Source: Carcharhinus amblyrhynchos
Taxonomy: Eukaryota
Assembly: GCA_965287045.1 (NCBI GenBank)
Contig: OZ336885.1
Span: forward strand, 63,798,001-63,862,000
DNA: 64,000 nt
Reading direction: 5' to 3'
Below are positions 25,483-39,287 of this stretch, piece by piece. The notes below the pieces were generated by a model. That model did not search any database and was not told where the DNA came from. It worked only from the letters and a program-made list of their open reading frames with translations. Position 1 is the first letter of the stretch, and each line of letters starts with the position of its first letter. The position numbers and the translations under genes were made by a program.

Positions 25483-26035
25483 TTATAGGGTCCTTGTCAG
25501 GCCCCACTTGGAGTACTGTGCGCAGTTCTGGTCGCCTCACTAGAGGAAGGATGTGGAAGCTATTGAGAGGGTGCAGAGGAGATTTCCAAGGATGTTACCT
25601 GGATTGGGAGGCATGCCTTATGAAGATAGGTTGAGGGAGCTAGGTCTCTTCTCCCTGGAGAGACGAAGGTTGAGAGGCGACCTGAAAGAGGTTTATAAAA
25701 TGTTGAGAGGAATAGATAGGGTAGATTCTCGGAGGCTATTTCCCTGGACTGAAATGGTCGCTACGAGAGGGCACAGGTTTAAGGTGCTGGGGAGTAGGTA
25801 CAGAGGAGATGTTAGGGGAAAGTTTTTCACTTAGAGGGTGTTGAGTGAGTGGAATAGCCTGCCGTCGGTGGTGGTAGATTCGAACTCCCTGGGGTCTTTT
25901 AAAAAGACTTCTGGCTGAGTATATGGGATCTAATGTCATTAGAAGTTACAGATAGTTCTATGGCTTGGTAGGTATAGATGTGATTGACGCAACTTGTGGG
26001 CCGAACAGCCTGTTTGTGCTGTAGTGTTCCATGTG
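25483..26035 (+). mobile_element. CR1 LINE 3' fragment
   Basis: ORF 25553 (ERVQRRFPRMLPG...LERRRLRGDL); tail 'gggccgaacagcctg'. Confidence 0.93.
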
Positions 26036-26547
26036 CTATTTTTGTGTTTGCTGTAGATCCGCAACCTGCATAATGTTTGAAATGAATTGTTTTAATTCCA
26101 AATAACATATAGAGACGTGTTATTCCGTCAGGTGTGTTGAATAAATCAGTAAATAGATCGTCCAAAAAAAAACGCACGAGAATAAGGGAAGTCCATAAAT
26201 ATCATTTGCTAAAGTTTTAATTGGGTTTGACATGTTTAATTTATTCCCTAAATGCAACGAAACGAAAGAGAATGTGTTTAATTCCGTGATGCAACATTTG
26301 GAAATCGCCACTATGTGGCCGAAGAACGTATAATTCCTCCATTTAAGGCAGGCACATCCAAACGCGTCTCATTAAAATATTTTGACATTATTCGATCACA
26401 TTGTGCGTGTGTCTAAACGAGACTGTTTAGAAGTAGAAACACCGATATCACATATTTGGACAATGGAACTTTGCTAACTGTTTCATCGTATGACTGATTC
26501 CATTGGGAACGTGATGATGTGAGATAATTCGTTATTTTCCCACTTAC

Positions 26548-26583
26548 CACAATCTTCAAGGTCAATTTTCAGTTTTGCTAAAT
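26548..26583 (-). CDS. 36-nt phase 1-1 micro-exon DLAKLKIDLEDC
   Basis: Acceptor ctctttttgtcttcaacag, donor GTG|gtaagt; matches the 12-aa repeat. Confidence 0.82.
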
Positions 26584-27919
26584 CTGTTGAAGACAAAAAG
26601 AGTACTAAAATGCCTGAATGGTCACAAAGGTTCAGGATGTTTGTATTGCAGGATTGATAGTTGCATTCAATATTAGCCCTTTTGCATGAAGATCCATAAC
26701 GACAAGTGAGATGGACAAAACACATCGAGATGAATAACGTTATAAATTGCAAGACTCCAATGCTCAACTGTTTAGAATCCCTGATATCGTTTCCCTGTCA
26801 AATATGCTATCAGTGGTGTAATTCAGCATCGAGAAAATAATGGTTCTTCTATTTGTCAATTCTGTCTGCTTTTCCAATTGTGCGACATTTAAGTTCTTTG
26901 GTTTGAGGGTTACCTTGAATTCACGATGGGGAAATGAACGTTGAAAATAGACACGTCGTTGTTGTTGGGTCAGAGGGGTTGATGGATTAATTTGGTGGCT
27001 AGATGAAGGACAGGAATGCTGTCTGATTATAGGCGTTTTAAATCTTGTTGAATATTTTTGAAAATGTACTCTCCCGAACAATTAGCGAGCTTGCCATAAA
27101 ACCTTTGTCATTCAATTACTTTGAAATGGTTGTCGTATTATTGAAATAACGGCAAAATTTCACCTCATTCATCATTAGTATTCCACAGAGGTTCTATTTG
27201 GGGTGCTCCTTTGATAATGTTGAATCTCACAGGAATTTGATGAAATATTCATTTATTACGAATGCTCATTAGCAGGAGATAATTAAAAGGATTGACATTT
27301 GAGAATAAGCCAGATGGTTTTCCACATGTTTCAGGAGCACGTTCACTATCTCAAGAACCTCGAGTAGCAGTGAAAATGTGTAACTATTCATCTAAATATC
27401 GTTTTTTTGTTTACAATGGGAGAATGTGACCTGAATAATGTGGTAGCGACGATCTGTCTTTGAATGGATTGGGTTTCAACAATCTCTAGAATATTATTTT
27501 TATTGTGAAAAATGCACTAGCTAACATATATTGCTTTTGATTTTGTATAGTTCTTTCTTGCTGAATCTTTGAAGAACCAGTCAGAATCTTGCACTTGAGC
27601 TACTGAGGATTTTGGAATATTTAGAAAGTAGCCTGTTTTGCATTCAGCCAAGATCATTTGTGCCCTATTGAGTGATTATGTCATCTGCTTTACATGCATA
27701 ATGGCTTTCAATCTGATGTATGATGTTGAGGATTAATGTTTGCAATGTCAAGGAGAAGTATCAAAGGGCAGTAAAATGCAAAAAGTGATGGGTCTGTTTT
27801 ATCCTAATTTAATGGACTCCGAAGGTGTCTCTCTCTCTCAAGATCAAAGTGTTTTCCACATCCTTGTTTTCTTTAAATATATGGCCTACTTCATCATTTC
27901 AGAAGGTATTTCAGAATCA

Positions 27920-28120
27920 GCTGCGTTGTGATGGGTACCACATCTGCCTTGTGTAATACGGAACTTTTTTTTTTAGATTAATCGACAATGGTTTTGGTGC
28001 ATTAGTTAAAATTTGAAATCCAGATTATAATGCACACGAATTACACCAAACGCCATGGTGGAATTTTGAACAAGGCCTTAGAGAATTATTATTGGTCTTT
28101 AGATTCCTGGCCTGGTAATA
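27920..28120 (-). mobile_element. Degenerate tRNA-SINE (SacSINE/DeuSINE-like)
   Basis: Reverse complement resembles 11450-11630 ('aatcgacaatggttttggtgcattag', 'cgccatggtggaattttgaac'). Confidence 0.4.
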
Positions 28121-29280
28121 CGAAAGCTAAACTTGGAGCTGAGTAGAGACCTTTTTTATTTTACTGCCTGCGTTGTTGGTTTTGGAGTGGTAAATGAATT
28201 TGCAAATGTAGATTGCAGGCGACATTGAACAAGACGACAAGCGCTGGAACAGACGAAACGCCTTTTGTTATACTCGCATTTATTATTGGAAATGTTATGT
28301 AATAAAGTTATCCATTCACCCATCCCTGGATGCATCTTCAGTTGTACCCTATTTCACTGATGTGTAGCGCCTCATACTGACTGTCAAATTGCTTCACATG
28401 TTTACTTTCTCATCTCTTTATTTCGCAAGTGTTTCTGGACAGTCTTGCAACTCTTCTTCCCGAATTTCCTACATTTCTGTTGACTCCTCTGTCGCCTTGT
28501 CGCAGCTCTGTTATCATCCTCACGAAGGAAATTTGCATCGTAGATGGCTTCTCAAGCCATGCTGTCGTATCGAGTTCTGCAAACACACGAACCATTGTGA
28601 TTTGACTTCATCGTTCCTTCTGTAAGAAGCACAATTCCATGAATTTGGCAAAGTAAAACAAAACTAAGTACAGCCAAATAGAGTTCAGCTTTAATCGATG
28701 GCTGGACACTTTAATGGGTTAAATTCATCTTTAGTGCAACAGCGCCTGCACTGATACCATTCGGCTTACAGCTGTAGGAAAAACAGAATATCCAATTTAT
28801 CCATTTGTAATTTTGCTTCTCTGAAAGAAAGCAAAAAGTGACATATCTTCTTCGTTCACCCTATGGTCAGAAGCCTCATTCCAGAATATTGTGCGCAGTC
28901 TGAAGATTGATGATCAAATGTTGCTGATCGTGGAGCGTAACTGATTACAAACAAAATACTTCCTACCATCTCGGGGCGCATGTAACACACCCGTTCCTTC
29001 AATGCATTTTCAAATGACCACATGCTTGCCAGCTAATGTCTATCAAACTTACACATACGTTGCCAGCATTGCATTCACATTTGTATTTTAACCATTTGGA
29101 ACGATAGTAGTTTTTTTTCTTTGTTTCTTCTTATTCGGATGTCATAAGGAATCCTCAGCAGTATTAGTTCTTATTCATTAAGTAGCAGTCAAGAGCTCTG
29201 ATTGCCTTGCATGTTGTGTTTCTCTCCGCAGCTTGCAATCCATATATAAAGAAATACATTTGCATCTATTCGAAAAAAAC

Positions 29281-29305
29281 TATATATATATATATATATA
29301 TATAT
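29281..29305. repeat. (TA)n microsatellite
   Basis: Directly visible. Confidence 0.95.
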
Positions 29306-29481
29306 AGACCAATTACTGAACAATTAAAATAGTAAAAACTGATATTTTTCCCCTTTTTTGATTTCGAATGTTGGCAAATTGCGCATACGTGGAGCCTTTT
29401 GTCGTTTTAAAACCATGAGTTCGATCGGCATGGTAATTAATTTACCAGAAATTTAGATAACACAAAGCTCATAAATCTCAC

Positions 29482-29517
29482 CGCATTCTTTAATAGTGTC
29501 CTTCAATTTATTTACAT
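29482..29517 (-). CDS. 36-nt phase 1-1 micro-exon DVNKLKDTIKEC
   Basis: Acceptor ctcctacttccccttcag, donor GCG|gtgaga; matches the 12-aa repeat. Confidence 0.82.
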
Positions 29518-31159
29518 CTGAAGGGGAAGTAGGAGTCTGAATGATGCAATGATGAACGGGAGGAATTAATTGGTTAAGCTCAAAATCATGCATTCGACGT
29601 TACGGAGTTTTCATAGATATTTTCAGAAACGAAACGCAACTGAGCTGCAAAAGATATAGTCATGTTCTGGTATACAAGATCCAGGGAAAAAAGTTACATT
29701 GTTTCTGTTCTTCTTGCTTCAGAGAAAAGTTTCAGGTCCTCTCTTGCCAAGTCAACGAAACGTATCGTCGAATACAATTACACATTTCAGGTAAAAGAAA
29801 AATGATGCGAATGCTGGAATCTGAAACAACAACATAACATGCTGAAACGCCTCAGCACGTCTGACAACAGCAAATTTAAAAGGGCAGAGCCAATCTTCGT
29901 GTCGGGATAACCATTCATCAGAGCTATATATTTCCGATCATTTGGGGTAAAATAAAGTGAAGAATATTCTCTCAATTGTAACTCAATTCGAAATAAAAAA
30001 AAACATTATTGTCTTAGAAACAATCGGTCAAAGAAAGAATAAATTCGGGACACCATGTATATGTCATTTAAATGAAAAAAAAAGATTCTAATTCCCTGTT
30101 CCAGGAGTTTTGCAACTTAAAACATGTGAGGTATCGGTTGAGATACCTTTGAATAGAATTGCGAGTTTCTACCTAAACCGTAACTTTGTGGAGTGAATGC
30201 CATCACTGGAAGCATCTTTGTTTCGCCTGAGTATCCCCTAAAACCACTATATCAATCATCTCACATGTGCCTTCCTGTCACTTGAACACGCCCATATCGG
30301 AAACCATTCTTCCCGGTCCAGACCGTCTGGGCATTTCGAACTTTTTGCACTTGAGAGCATTTTTTTTTCCCTCAAACGTGATCAGCAGAATGTATGCAAA
30401 GCCATGAAACATAATACTTGCAAGGTAACACTCCTCTTTTTGTATTGCTAACCAACGGAAGCTATTTTTGAAATCAATTTCTGGAGAAAAAAAATCAACG
30501 TTTTTTTGTCATTTCCAGCAGTAGCTTATCTGACTCTTAAATCAATCAAGTGGGAAATGTGATCATGCAAACACATATTTTTCAACCCATTTATATGCGT
30601 GTGTATTGGATAGCAAATTGACTTGCTTCCTTCTCAATTCAACCTTGTGCAAGCTCTTGGAATTATCCGGATTCAACTCCATTTGTCAAACCTCGTGCTT
30701 CCCTGCTAAACCTGGACTGCACAGCTTTCAACACCACTATCGGCAACATGACTGATACAATTTCATCTTACGATTTCCAAGCTGTTTTCCACATTTCTTC
30801 GAAATTATTGATATGTGCAACATAAGCTTGGACATGGCACTAAACAGCTGTCGGGCACGCGAAATTGATTCTGTCGATGACCTGTTACTGCGTCAACGTC
30901 GAAAATAATCGAGGAGACTGCCATCATTCCAAGTATGGATTATCTGACAAGAATACATCAGGGGACTTTGGCTAATTCCTTTCTGCAGTCGCTGTAGAAA
31001 TCATACTATACGTGATTCTCATCGATGTTCTATGTTACATTCTGAGAAAAAAAAACAGATTTGCAAGGCACAACTTCCCTAAAGCAACTTCACACTGACG
31101 ATCACAGTTGAGTCTTTACCTTTCGGAATGAATAAAAAAAAGTACACTGCAATTCAGTC

Positions 31160-31400
31160 TTCATAGAATCATATAATCGTGGAATCCCTCCAGTGCAGAA
31201 GGAACTAATTTGGCACATGGAGCACAATTCCACCCGGACCCTCTTCCCGCAGCAGCGCATATTTAACCTGACACTAAGTGACAATTAAGCATGATCAAAT
31301 AAGGTACACCACGCAGCGTTGGGTTGTGGTAGGAAACGGGACCACCCGGAGGAAACGCACTTAGACACGGGAGAAGATTTTATCTCCGGAAAGTAGCTGG
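31160..31400 (-). mobile_element. V-SINE (HE1-like), degenerate
   Basis: 'tgtggtaggaaacgggaccacccggaggaaacgcacttagacacgggagaa' is the reverse complement of the V core. Confidence 0.75.
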
Positions 31401-32054
31401 AATTGAGTTTTCGTTCTAATGATATTCTCAGTATAAAAGACAGGCAGAGTGGACCATAATTAATTGTTCTCTGTCTCATGCTATTATTTTTGTTAATATG
31501 ATTTAAGGTTGAATAGAACATGTTCCGCTTTCCAATTCACTGGGGGGAAAAATGGCTGTATTTAGTCAGAATCAAAAAAAAAAGCCTCAGGTGATCCACC
31601 TTTTTTTCGCCTCCTGGTTTCCTGCGTCAACATGTGATAAAAATGTTGCCTGTTTTGAACATTCATTGACTTTGACTGATGATAGTGTCTTCACTGTTTC
31701 TGGTCGTCATGATAATTGTGTCACACTTTTTTTAGCCAATGGTGAGCAGCGCCCATATCCATCGTGATGATAGAGAATATTAATGAAAATATAACCTTCG
31801 TCTCTTATGTAAAGCAAATATCACATTTGAGATCCCGATTACCATTGCTTACACACTATGTATATTACAGAACACATCCAATTTTGGCAGATCGCCAGTC
31901 AAAGATGGCAAGCCAGGTTTTTTGGGGCCAAATTCAGTATTTTACTCCAGTTCAATGTTTATTAATCACCACTTTTATTTAATTGTATCATTTTATTTCT
32001 ACTACATCCACATTCGTAATCAATATCATCAAATTCCTCAACTTCATTGACTAG

Positions 32055-32545
32055 GATGATATATTGCACAAAAGGAGGCCATTTGGCCCTTGGATTGCGC
32101 TGCCACATTCATCAAGATCCTCGATGATCGTCCAACTCGATCGCCTAATCCAGTATTGTCCCATAACCTTCGATTCCATTCGTCTGAAGTGCTATATCTA
32201 GCTAACTCTCGAATACGTTCGGTATTTTGGCTTCAATGACTTCCCGTGGGAATGAATTCTCTAGGCTCATCACTCTTTTGGTAATGAAATACCTCTTCAA
32301 TGATCTTCAATGGTTTCCCCCGCATCGTCCGACTGCTGCCTCCAGTTCTGAAATCCCAAAACCTCGAAAACCCTTCCATGTATCTAACCTTTACCGTCGT
32401 TCTAGAATTTTACAACTCTTTATGAATCTCATTCGTCTGAAATTTTGCAAAAACGAACTGAACATAGCCAATCACTCCTCAAACGTCAGTTCCTCTATCT
32501 CCTGTATCAGCCTGGCCAACCTACGCTCCATTCCCTCAAGAGCCA
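32055..32545 (-). mobile_element. Degenerate CR1 3' fragment
   Basis: Tail 'ggaggccatttggccc'; 'gggaatgaattctctaggctcatcactct' (RVxxxWNSLP). Confidence 0.7.
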
Positions 32546-32761
32546 TTGTTATGTTCAACAGTCGGCATCAAAGACACACTTAGAGTAGTCAGCATTTATT
32601 TAAATGACTTTTGAAATTGGCGAATCACAATCAATTCATATATATGAGATACAGTAATTGTTTCAAATTAGTTATTGTGTTTGTTATACACACCTGCTGA
32701 CATTTTAGATGTGTTATAATTAATTTTTAAAAAGTGTGTTTCACTTTGGACAAAAAAAAAA

Positions 32762-33821
32762 TTACCATTGTAAATGTCACTAGTGTGATATCATGTTTCA
32801 GGAAATGTTTGATGCTTGGAAATAAGAAGTGTTATCAACAATTGTTTCGGATGAAACAACGGTTGCAATACCTGATTATATTTAATCAAAAAATATTAAT
32901 TGTAATGCTCAGATGAGATGAACTGGTGCCGAGATGTGGTGGCACAAATCTTACGTTTTGGGGCAATTAGGGTTTGGCGCAAAGCCAGGACAACAGCTAG
33001 CTTCAGGACATCATACAATAATAAATTACCGGTATATGAGAAAGCGGAAGGCGATTGGCCCATGTACATGTTGGCATGTGTATCTCAAAGCTGATTGATT
33101 TAAAGTTATAAAACATTTTACCATTGTAAATGTCATTAGTGTGATATCATGTTTCAGGAAATGTTTGATGCTTGGAAATAAGAAGTATTATCAACAATTG
33201 TTTCGGATGAAACAACGGTTGCAATACCTGATTATATTTAATCAAAAAATATTAATTGTTCTGCTCAGATGAGATGAACTGGTGCCGAGATGTGGTGGCA
33301 CAAATCTTACGTTTTTGGGCAATTAGGGTTTGGCGCAAAGCCAGGACAACAGCTAGCTTCAGGACATCATACAATAATAAATTACCGGTATATGAGAAAG
33401 CGGAAGGCGATTGGCCCATGTACATGTTGGCATGTGTATCTCAAAGCTGATTGATTTAAAGTTATAAAACATTTTACCATTGTAAATGTCATTAGTGTGA
33501 TATCATGTTTCAGGAAATGTTTGATGCTTGGAAATAAGAAGTATTATCAACAATTGTTTCGGATGAAACAACGGTTGCAATACCTGATTATATTTAATCA
33601 AAAAATATTAATTGTTCTGCTCAGATGAGATGAACTGGTGCCGAGATGTGGTGGCACAAATCTTACGTTTTTGGGCAATTAGGGTTTGGCGCAAAGCCAG
33701 GACAACAGCTAGCTTCAGGACATCATACAATAATAAATTACCGGTATATGAGAAAGCGGAAGGCGATTGGCCCATGTACATGTTGGCATATGTATCTGAA
33801 AGCTGATTGATTTAAAGTTAT
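32762..33821. repeat. Tandem repeat, 356-bp unit, about 3 near-identical copies
   Basis: 'ttaccattgtaaatgtca' recurs at 32762, 33118 and 33474; the ORFs at 33256 and 33612 are duplicates. Confidence 0.97.
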
Positions 33822-34809
33822 TGAAAGGCGGAAATGAGTGATCAGAAAAAAAAACATCTATAATTGATCAGTTTTTTTTATTGTATCATTAGATTCATTA
33901 GAGACGCTCTGTTGTCCTATGCTAGAGCACCTTAACACTAGCATTTTCCGGATTGAATATAGTTACATTTTTGATTCATAAACACTGGCTTTGGGATTCA
34001 TGTATTATCTAAGACTTCTTGGCAGTGCTGGTCACCTCAGTCTCCTGAACACCAAAAGGTAAATTTCACTTCTACTCTGTTGTGATTTTTGTTTTTCTCC
34101 TAACTGCATTAATAATCTTGAATATATTTGAAGAGCTGTTTGGCACATGGACATTTGACACTGTCCCTACCCCACTTAAAATTGTATATTGGAAACGAAC
34201 AAATGTTTATCTACTGTCAATTATTTAATACTGAAATGTGCAAATACATTACTCCTCAATAATCCCCTCGATATTTTCGGGCCTATAGTTCTGTCCAACA
34301 GGATGATGGCCTCGTTTCATCTCCGATCTGAACATTTATGGCCCATCAGTAATTTGTTTACCAGATCGGTACCTCTCACAAAAATAACTGATAGTAAAAC
34401 AGTACCGTGGATGTCGACTCCTCTCTGACCCGCGTTAACACTGATCATGCATCAAAGCTGAGTTAGCATTTTGGAATTACTTGAGCAACGCGTCCATTGC
34501 TGCAAGGGCCTGCTTTTGCCGCGTTTCTATTCGAGTTATCTGTTGATCAGCTTTGTTCAATACAAATTCAAAATGCATGCCATTTAACAAATTCAGTTCT
34601 GCAAACATAATAACGTTAGTCGTTTTTCACTCTTGCAGATTTGCTGCCTGATATTCACTTTTTGACTCTGCACTTTGAATTTGAGCAACATGAAGCTGGT
34701 GTCAAGTACCCATCTCACCTTACTGATTAGGATACACCGACCTACAAAGCACTAGCTCATCTTCAAGCAAAGTCATTTTCCTGCTTCGGTTCTAAGACAA
34801 TTGAGTAAG

Positions 34810-34970
34810 GTCTATCAACTTAACCCGCACATTGTGTGATTGCGGGAGGAAACCAGGCAGACAGGGAGAGTACATGCATTTTCCACAACGACAGTTACTG
34901 GAATGTATTCCCTCGTCCCAGGCGTTGTCCGACCATAATTCAAATCACTCTGCCACGTTTCCACCATGGT
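34810..34970 (-). mobile_element. V-SINE remnant
   Basis: 'ttgcgggaggaaaccaggcagacagggagagtacatgca'. Confidence 0.6.
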
Positions 34971-37187
34971 GTACCTATTTCACAACCATTCCAAGTGTCT
35001 TTGTACATTTTCGTGTTACGTCAATTATCTTAACTTAGTTTTACCCAGCGTGACGCATGTTAATATCACTTGGTTCAATTTAGTGAAAGTCACAGCAATT
35101 AATATGTTTTTTTGATACTGAAATGGCGTAATTTAAAACATCTTTCGAATTCAATATGTCGTCTGCGATAAGGTCAAATGATATTAATTTTTGTGCGCAC
35201 CATTTTTTTACACTAACTAACTTTGTTACTTGAAAGGTGAATCACTCCTTTGCTATCTCCGAACGGCAGCGCCCTTTCTGACGGTGCTTCTTGCAAATAA
35301 TGGCTTAAATATTCACCGCCACAGTAATCAATCACAAGTTCAATTTATTATTTCAGCAATTAAAATCAATTGAATTAACTCCTTTCAACTGGTGTGCCCA
35401 CGGCTATCAGGGTCACGCACCATATTGTTTACCTGAGGATGACGACCTTACATGTGGAATGTTAGTTAATTCTAAACGCTTGAAACTTCAGGTATATTTA
35501 AACTTCAGTGCATCACTGGTGAACGTGATTCGATATATATCCGATACACTGGAAATATGCACTGAAAGACTGCAATTAAAATGAACAACAGGAAAAATAT
35601 TGTCATTGCAACCAACCAGCCTACACGTGCCATTGTAACAAACCAACGACGTCGTGCACCGTAAAGTTTGCACCATGATTGCTCATCTCATTTTGTCATG
35701 ATAGCCCTGGAATCGCGCGATTTAATAGAGAGTTTTAGTTATGCATTATGTTCGTCAAATGCAGGTCGAGTGTTGCACTTCACATTATCAAAATGCTGTC
35801 AGTAAGGAACATATCATCATTTCCACAATCTGTGTCACCCTTCTGCATTTTTAGTATTAAATATTGATCCTATCAATTGGAAATTCTCTTCCGTGACTGT
35901 TTTGATAATGTTATCAAATGTTATTTTTTTTCCTAATACAATGTTAGTTTCGCAGGTAAATATAGATCCAACCATGCAATCGTTATTACCGTATGTCATT
36001 AGCCGTATGTCATTTCTCAGTAAGAACTGCATGCACTGCCTCGTCTTTACGAATGAGGTGGCCAAACTAAGAACTAGCACAGCACTTTCTCGAGGTTCAA
36101 TAATCCGAGACCTCAGGGATCCATGTTCTGCTGCGAAATTTGCATTTCATTACGAGCAAACAAAATGCGTAACTTTGACAGCATAGTAAAACAAAAAAAA
36201 GACACAGTCAAGGAACGGAGTTTCCTTTGGGGGAGATTGATGTTAAATACTAACAATGCAGAAGGAGCACATAAATTGAGGAAATAATGACGTGTGTCTT
36301 TGCAAACAGTCTCTTTTCCCTCCAGTACTTCTTTTAGCTTACTTTAGAAAAAAAATGCAACATTTATAGTTATATAACCAATACATAATACAGATAAAGC
36401 ATCTTAACCATCAAATTGTCTAGGAACTTCCCACATTGATTCCAAAAATATGATCTCCTGCAAGGATTTCGTAAATACACTTCTGCTTTCAGGTTTTTTT
36501 TTCCAAATATAATTTGTATTCGGTTCTCTGTCCAACTTTTTTTTTCATCATGAAATTGCTCATTATTAACCTTATGTGTGTATTCTTGAATCTTTTGCGC
36601 ATGTCTTGTAGGAAAGGATTTGGGCTGCACGGACTTTTTGGGGAACAGTGGATTTTTCAGACAACAGTTTTGGACGCCTTTCACGCCATGTGTTGAGGAA
36701 GGTATGCAGCTTAATTCACCGCATTGCAAGCGACGCTCGATCACTCTGATGAATATTAGTGGGAATATGCAGTGTTCGTATTAAATGATTTTCACTGTAA
36801 CCTGTGTTAGGGTAAACTTACTTTTGTCGCACTAATAATGAATAAATGTAGAAATAACAATAAAAATACAGAATTTTATTTAAATTCAATTATACTGCAG
36901 CTGTTCCGGCGTCATCAACATCCTCGCCTTCCAAAGTTTGTAAGTTCTAAATTGGAAATGTTTAAACCAATTAATATAAAAATGGTAGTTTTTTCCACAA
37001 GTATTAGAAATGATGTTGAATTTTACTAAGTGATAATGAGTAAAAAGAGGCAGTGAAACCATTCCTTTTTCACCAGGGAAACAACCGTCGGCACGTTTAG
37101 CTGAATGTCTGGAGAAGGACATGACTGTCGATATCTTTGAATTTTTAAAAACCTGCAAGCTTTTTATTTTTAACGAGATTGAAATAC

Positions 37188-37214
37188 CTTCATCTTTCTT
37201 AGCGATATTTTGTT
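37188..37214 (-). CDS. 27-nt phase 1-1 micro-exon EQNIAKKDE
   Basis: Acceptor cttttttttcatgtttcccgcag, donor AAG|gtattt; joins in heptad register to DVNKLKDTIKEC. Confidence 0.78.
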
Positions 37215-37629
37215 CTGCGGGAAACATGAAAAAAAAGTTTCTGTTCAATTATCAAGGACGAAGAAGTCGTCTACATTTTCACAGTCTGTAATTCTAAACA
37301 AGACGTAGATATTATAATTGGTTGGGCAAAACAGAGTGATGTCAGGTTCCCAAATGACACTCTTCAAGATTGTGAAAGGCTACTACATAATTTGTGATTG
37401 TTTGGTTGACAGTGCCATTATAATCGCTGTATCTATAGAGCAGTCACTCAATAGTTCTAGTAAACGCTTTGCAGAGTTAACCTAAATAATTAAATATATA
37501 ACTTCTTGCTTGATTACGTGTTCTCTCCTTGGTGCTGGAAGGTTCTTTCCGGTTTTGGAGGAAAATGATATTCATTGGATCCATTCATATTTCTGCAATG
37601 AGATATGTTCCATCCATGTCTACACTTTG

Positions 37630-37880
37630 CAAAAAAAGAAGAAAATGTTGGGAATTTTCACCAGCTTTGGCAATATCTGTGAATCGAAAATAGAGCCAAC
37701 ATTTCGATTATTGGTGATCATTACTCGGAGCTCCCAAGAGCACACTCAGGTTGTGATGAAAAATCAATCAGTCTCGACATTTTGACACTATTCTCTTTCC
37801 ACAGTTATCTTCCGGCCTGCTAATATTTTCGAGCATTTTATGTTTTGCATCGTATTCTGCCATCCACATATTTTGAATTA
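37630..37880. repeat. Degenerate palindromic (Penelope-derived) repeat
   Basis: Left arm 'aaaatgttgggaattttcaccagc...atctgtgaatcgaaaatagag' is imperfectly complementary to right arm 'ctattctctttccacagtta...cctgctaatattttcgagcatttt'. Confidence 0.55.
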
Positions 37881-38389
37881 TCGTGAATATCTTACGCTTG
37901 ATCACGAAAGTATTCGTTCTGACTAGTTACTACGAGTCGTATTGGAATAATTCAATAGTCTTAGGGGGGAAAAGAAGTGCTATCTAGATTACGTAAGCGC
38001 GTTCCATGAGCAAACTGTTGCGGAAAAGAGCATCAGTCAAAAGATTTCTGCAAACGGGAAAGAAATAATAACTATTCCTTAATTTCTGTTGCATTGGATG
38101 CAACATATCAATCAACAATGAAAGAAAATTAGATTTATATTTACTTTCAAAACAGGCTCAGCTACAAAATCCCCAAAAGATTGGCTTCATGGTGGAATTA
38201 CTATTCATTCGCATTCAGTAGTGTCGTCTGGGAAATGTAACCGACAGTGCTGCCATCAAACGTATCGCACAGAAACAATTTTTTTTTTTAATCAAATATA
38301 AGATTGAAAACGTGTGTGTTTTTTTTAAGTTTTGTCCTGGCCACCAGGATGCGCTACAACTTGTTTTCCATGTCCAGGTACTGTCCTAC

Positions 38390-38680
38390 TTCATAGAAAT
38401 GTAAAGGCAATACAATTTATTCAGTGCAGAAGGAGGACAATCAGCATATCTAGACTGCATTGAGTTTCATAAAGGGTAACTCTTCACTTCTCTCTGCTAT
38501 CTTTTTAAACCAACACACTTACCATGATTAATCCAACTAATCTACACTCTTTCGCACAGTGTGTTGATTGCAGACCACCAGAAGGAATTTCACACAGACA
38601 AGGAGAGAACAAGCAAACTCCTAAAAGCCGTCCGCATGATATTAAGTTCAATTGCAGTGGGATAAGCGGCTGAATGATGT
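38390..38680 (-). mobile_element. V-SINE remnant
   Basis: 'cacacagacaaggagagaacaagcaaactcc'. Confidence 0.6.
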
Positions 38681-39287
38681 CGAATATAAGAGCTATCTGC
38701 TTTCTATCCTATAATTGTTTTTGCACGTTGAACTGATAACCGTGTTACTCATACATTACATCAGATTTAGGTGTGACCACCTCAATTTCATGCATTTCAA
38801 TTCATGATCGAACTTCAAAAAGGCTAAAGAGTAAATATCAATCAAAATGTTCCTGGTTGTATTCGTTCAGGTGTCGTCATACTCAATTATGAGAGGGAGT
38901 TGACATGTTGCAGCTTACGTGTAATCGTTGATCTTTCAAAACTACTTTACATGTTCGAAATTCACCTTATTGTCTAGCTCCAGAAAGAATTATGTTGTCG
39001 AGTACACACAAATGCTACACAATTGCTTTTTTTGGTAAAGAATTTAATTAAATTGAATGCAACACCAGGCAAAGGTGAAGTCAATCAGAGGTGGTTTTCT
39101 ATGCCAAGTTTTTCAAAACAACTCTTTGTCCGACAAAGTGTTTCTTATTCCACTCAACTGGGGAGGAATTAAATACATTCTACTGGAAGTCGCCTCAAAC
39201 ACAACCACAATGGCTCTTGTGGATGCACATTAATGTGTCGTCAGTACATTGATTTTGGGAATACATAATTTAGTCGTGTCAGCTCAC

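Noticed and set aside
28770-28820. 51-nt phase 1-1 candidate EKQNYKWINWIFCFSYS with a strong acceptor
   Set aside because: Aromatic-rich, contains an internal acceptor-like tract and has a poor exonic donor context; at most a decayed exon
33256-33806. Duplicated 64-aa ORFs, and an RCC1-like 'FGQLGFG' in another frame, in the tandem repeat; also considered as a CRISPR-like array
   Set aside because: Duplication is explained by the repeat itself; the FGQLG frame is closed by an upstream stop; there are no unique spacers
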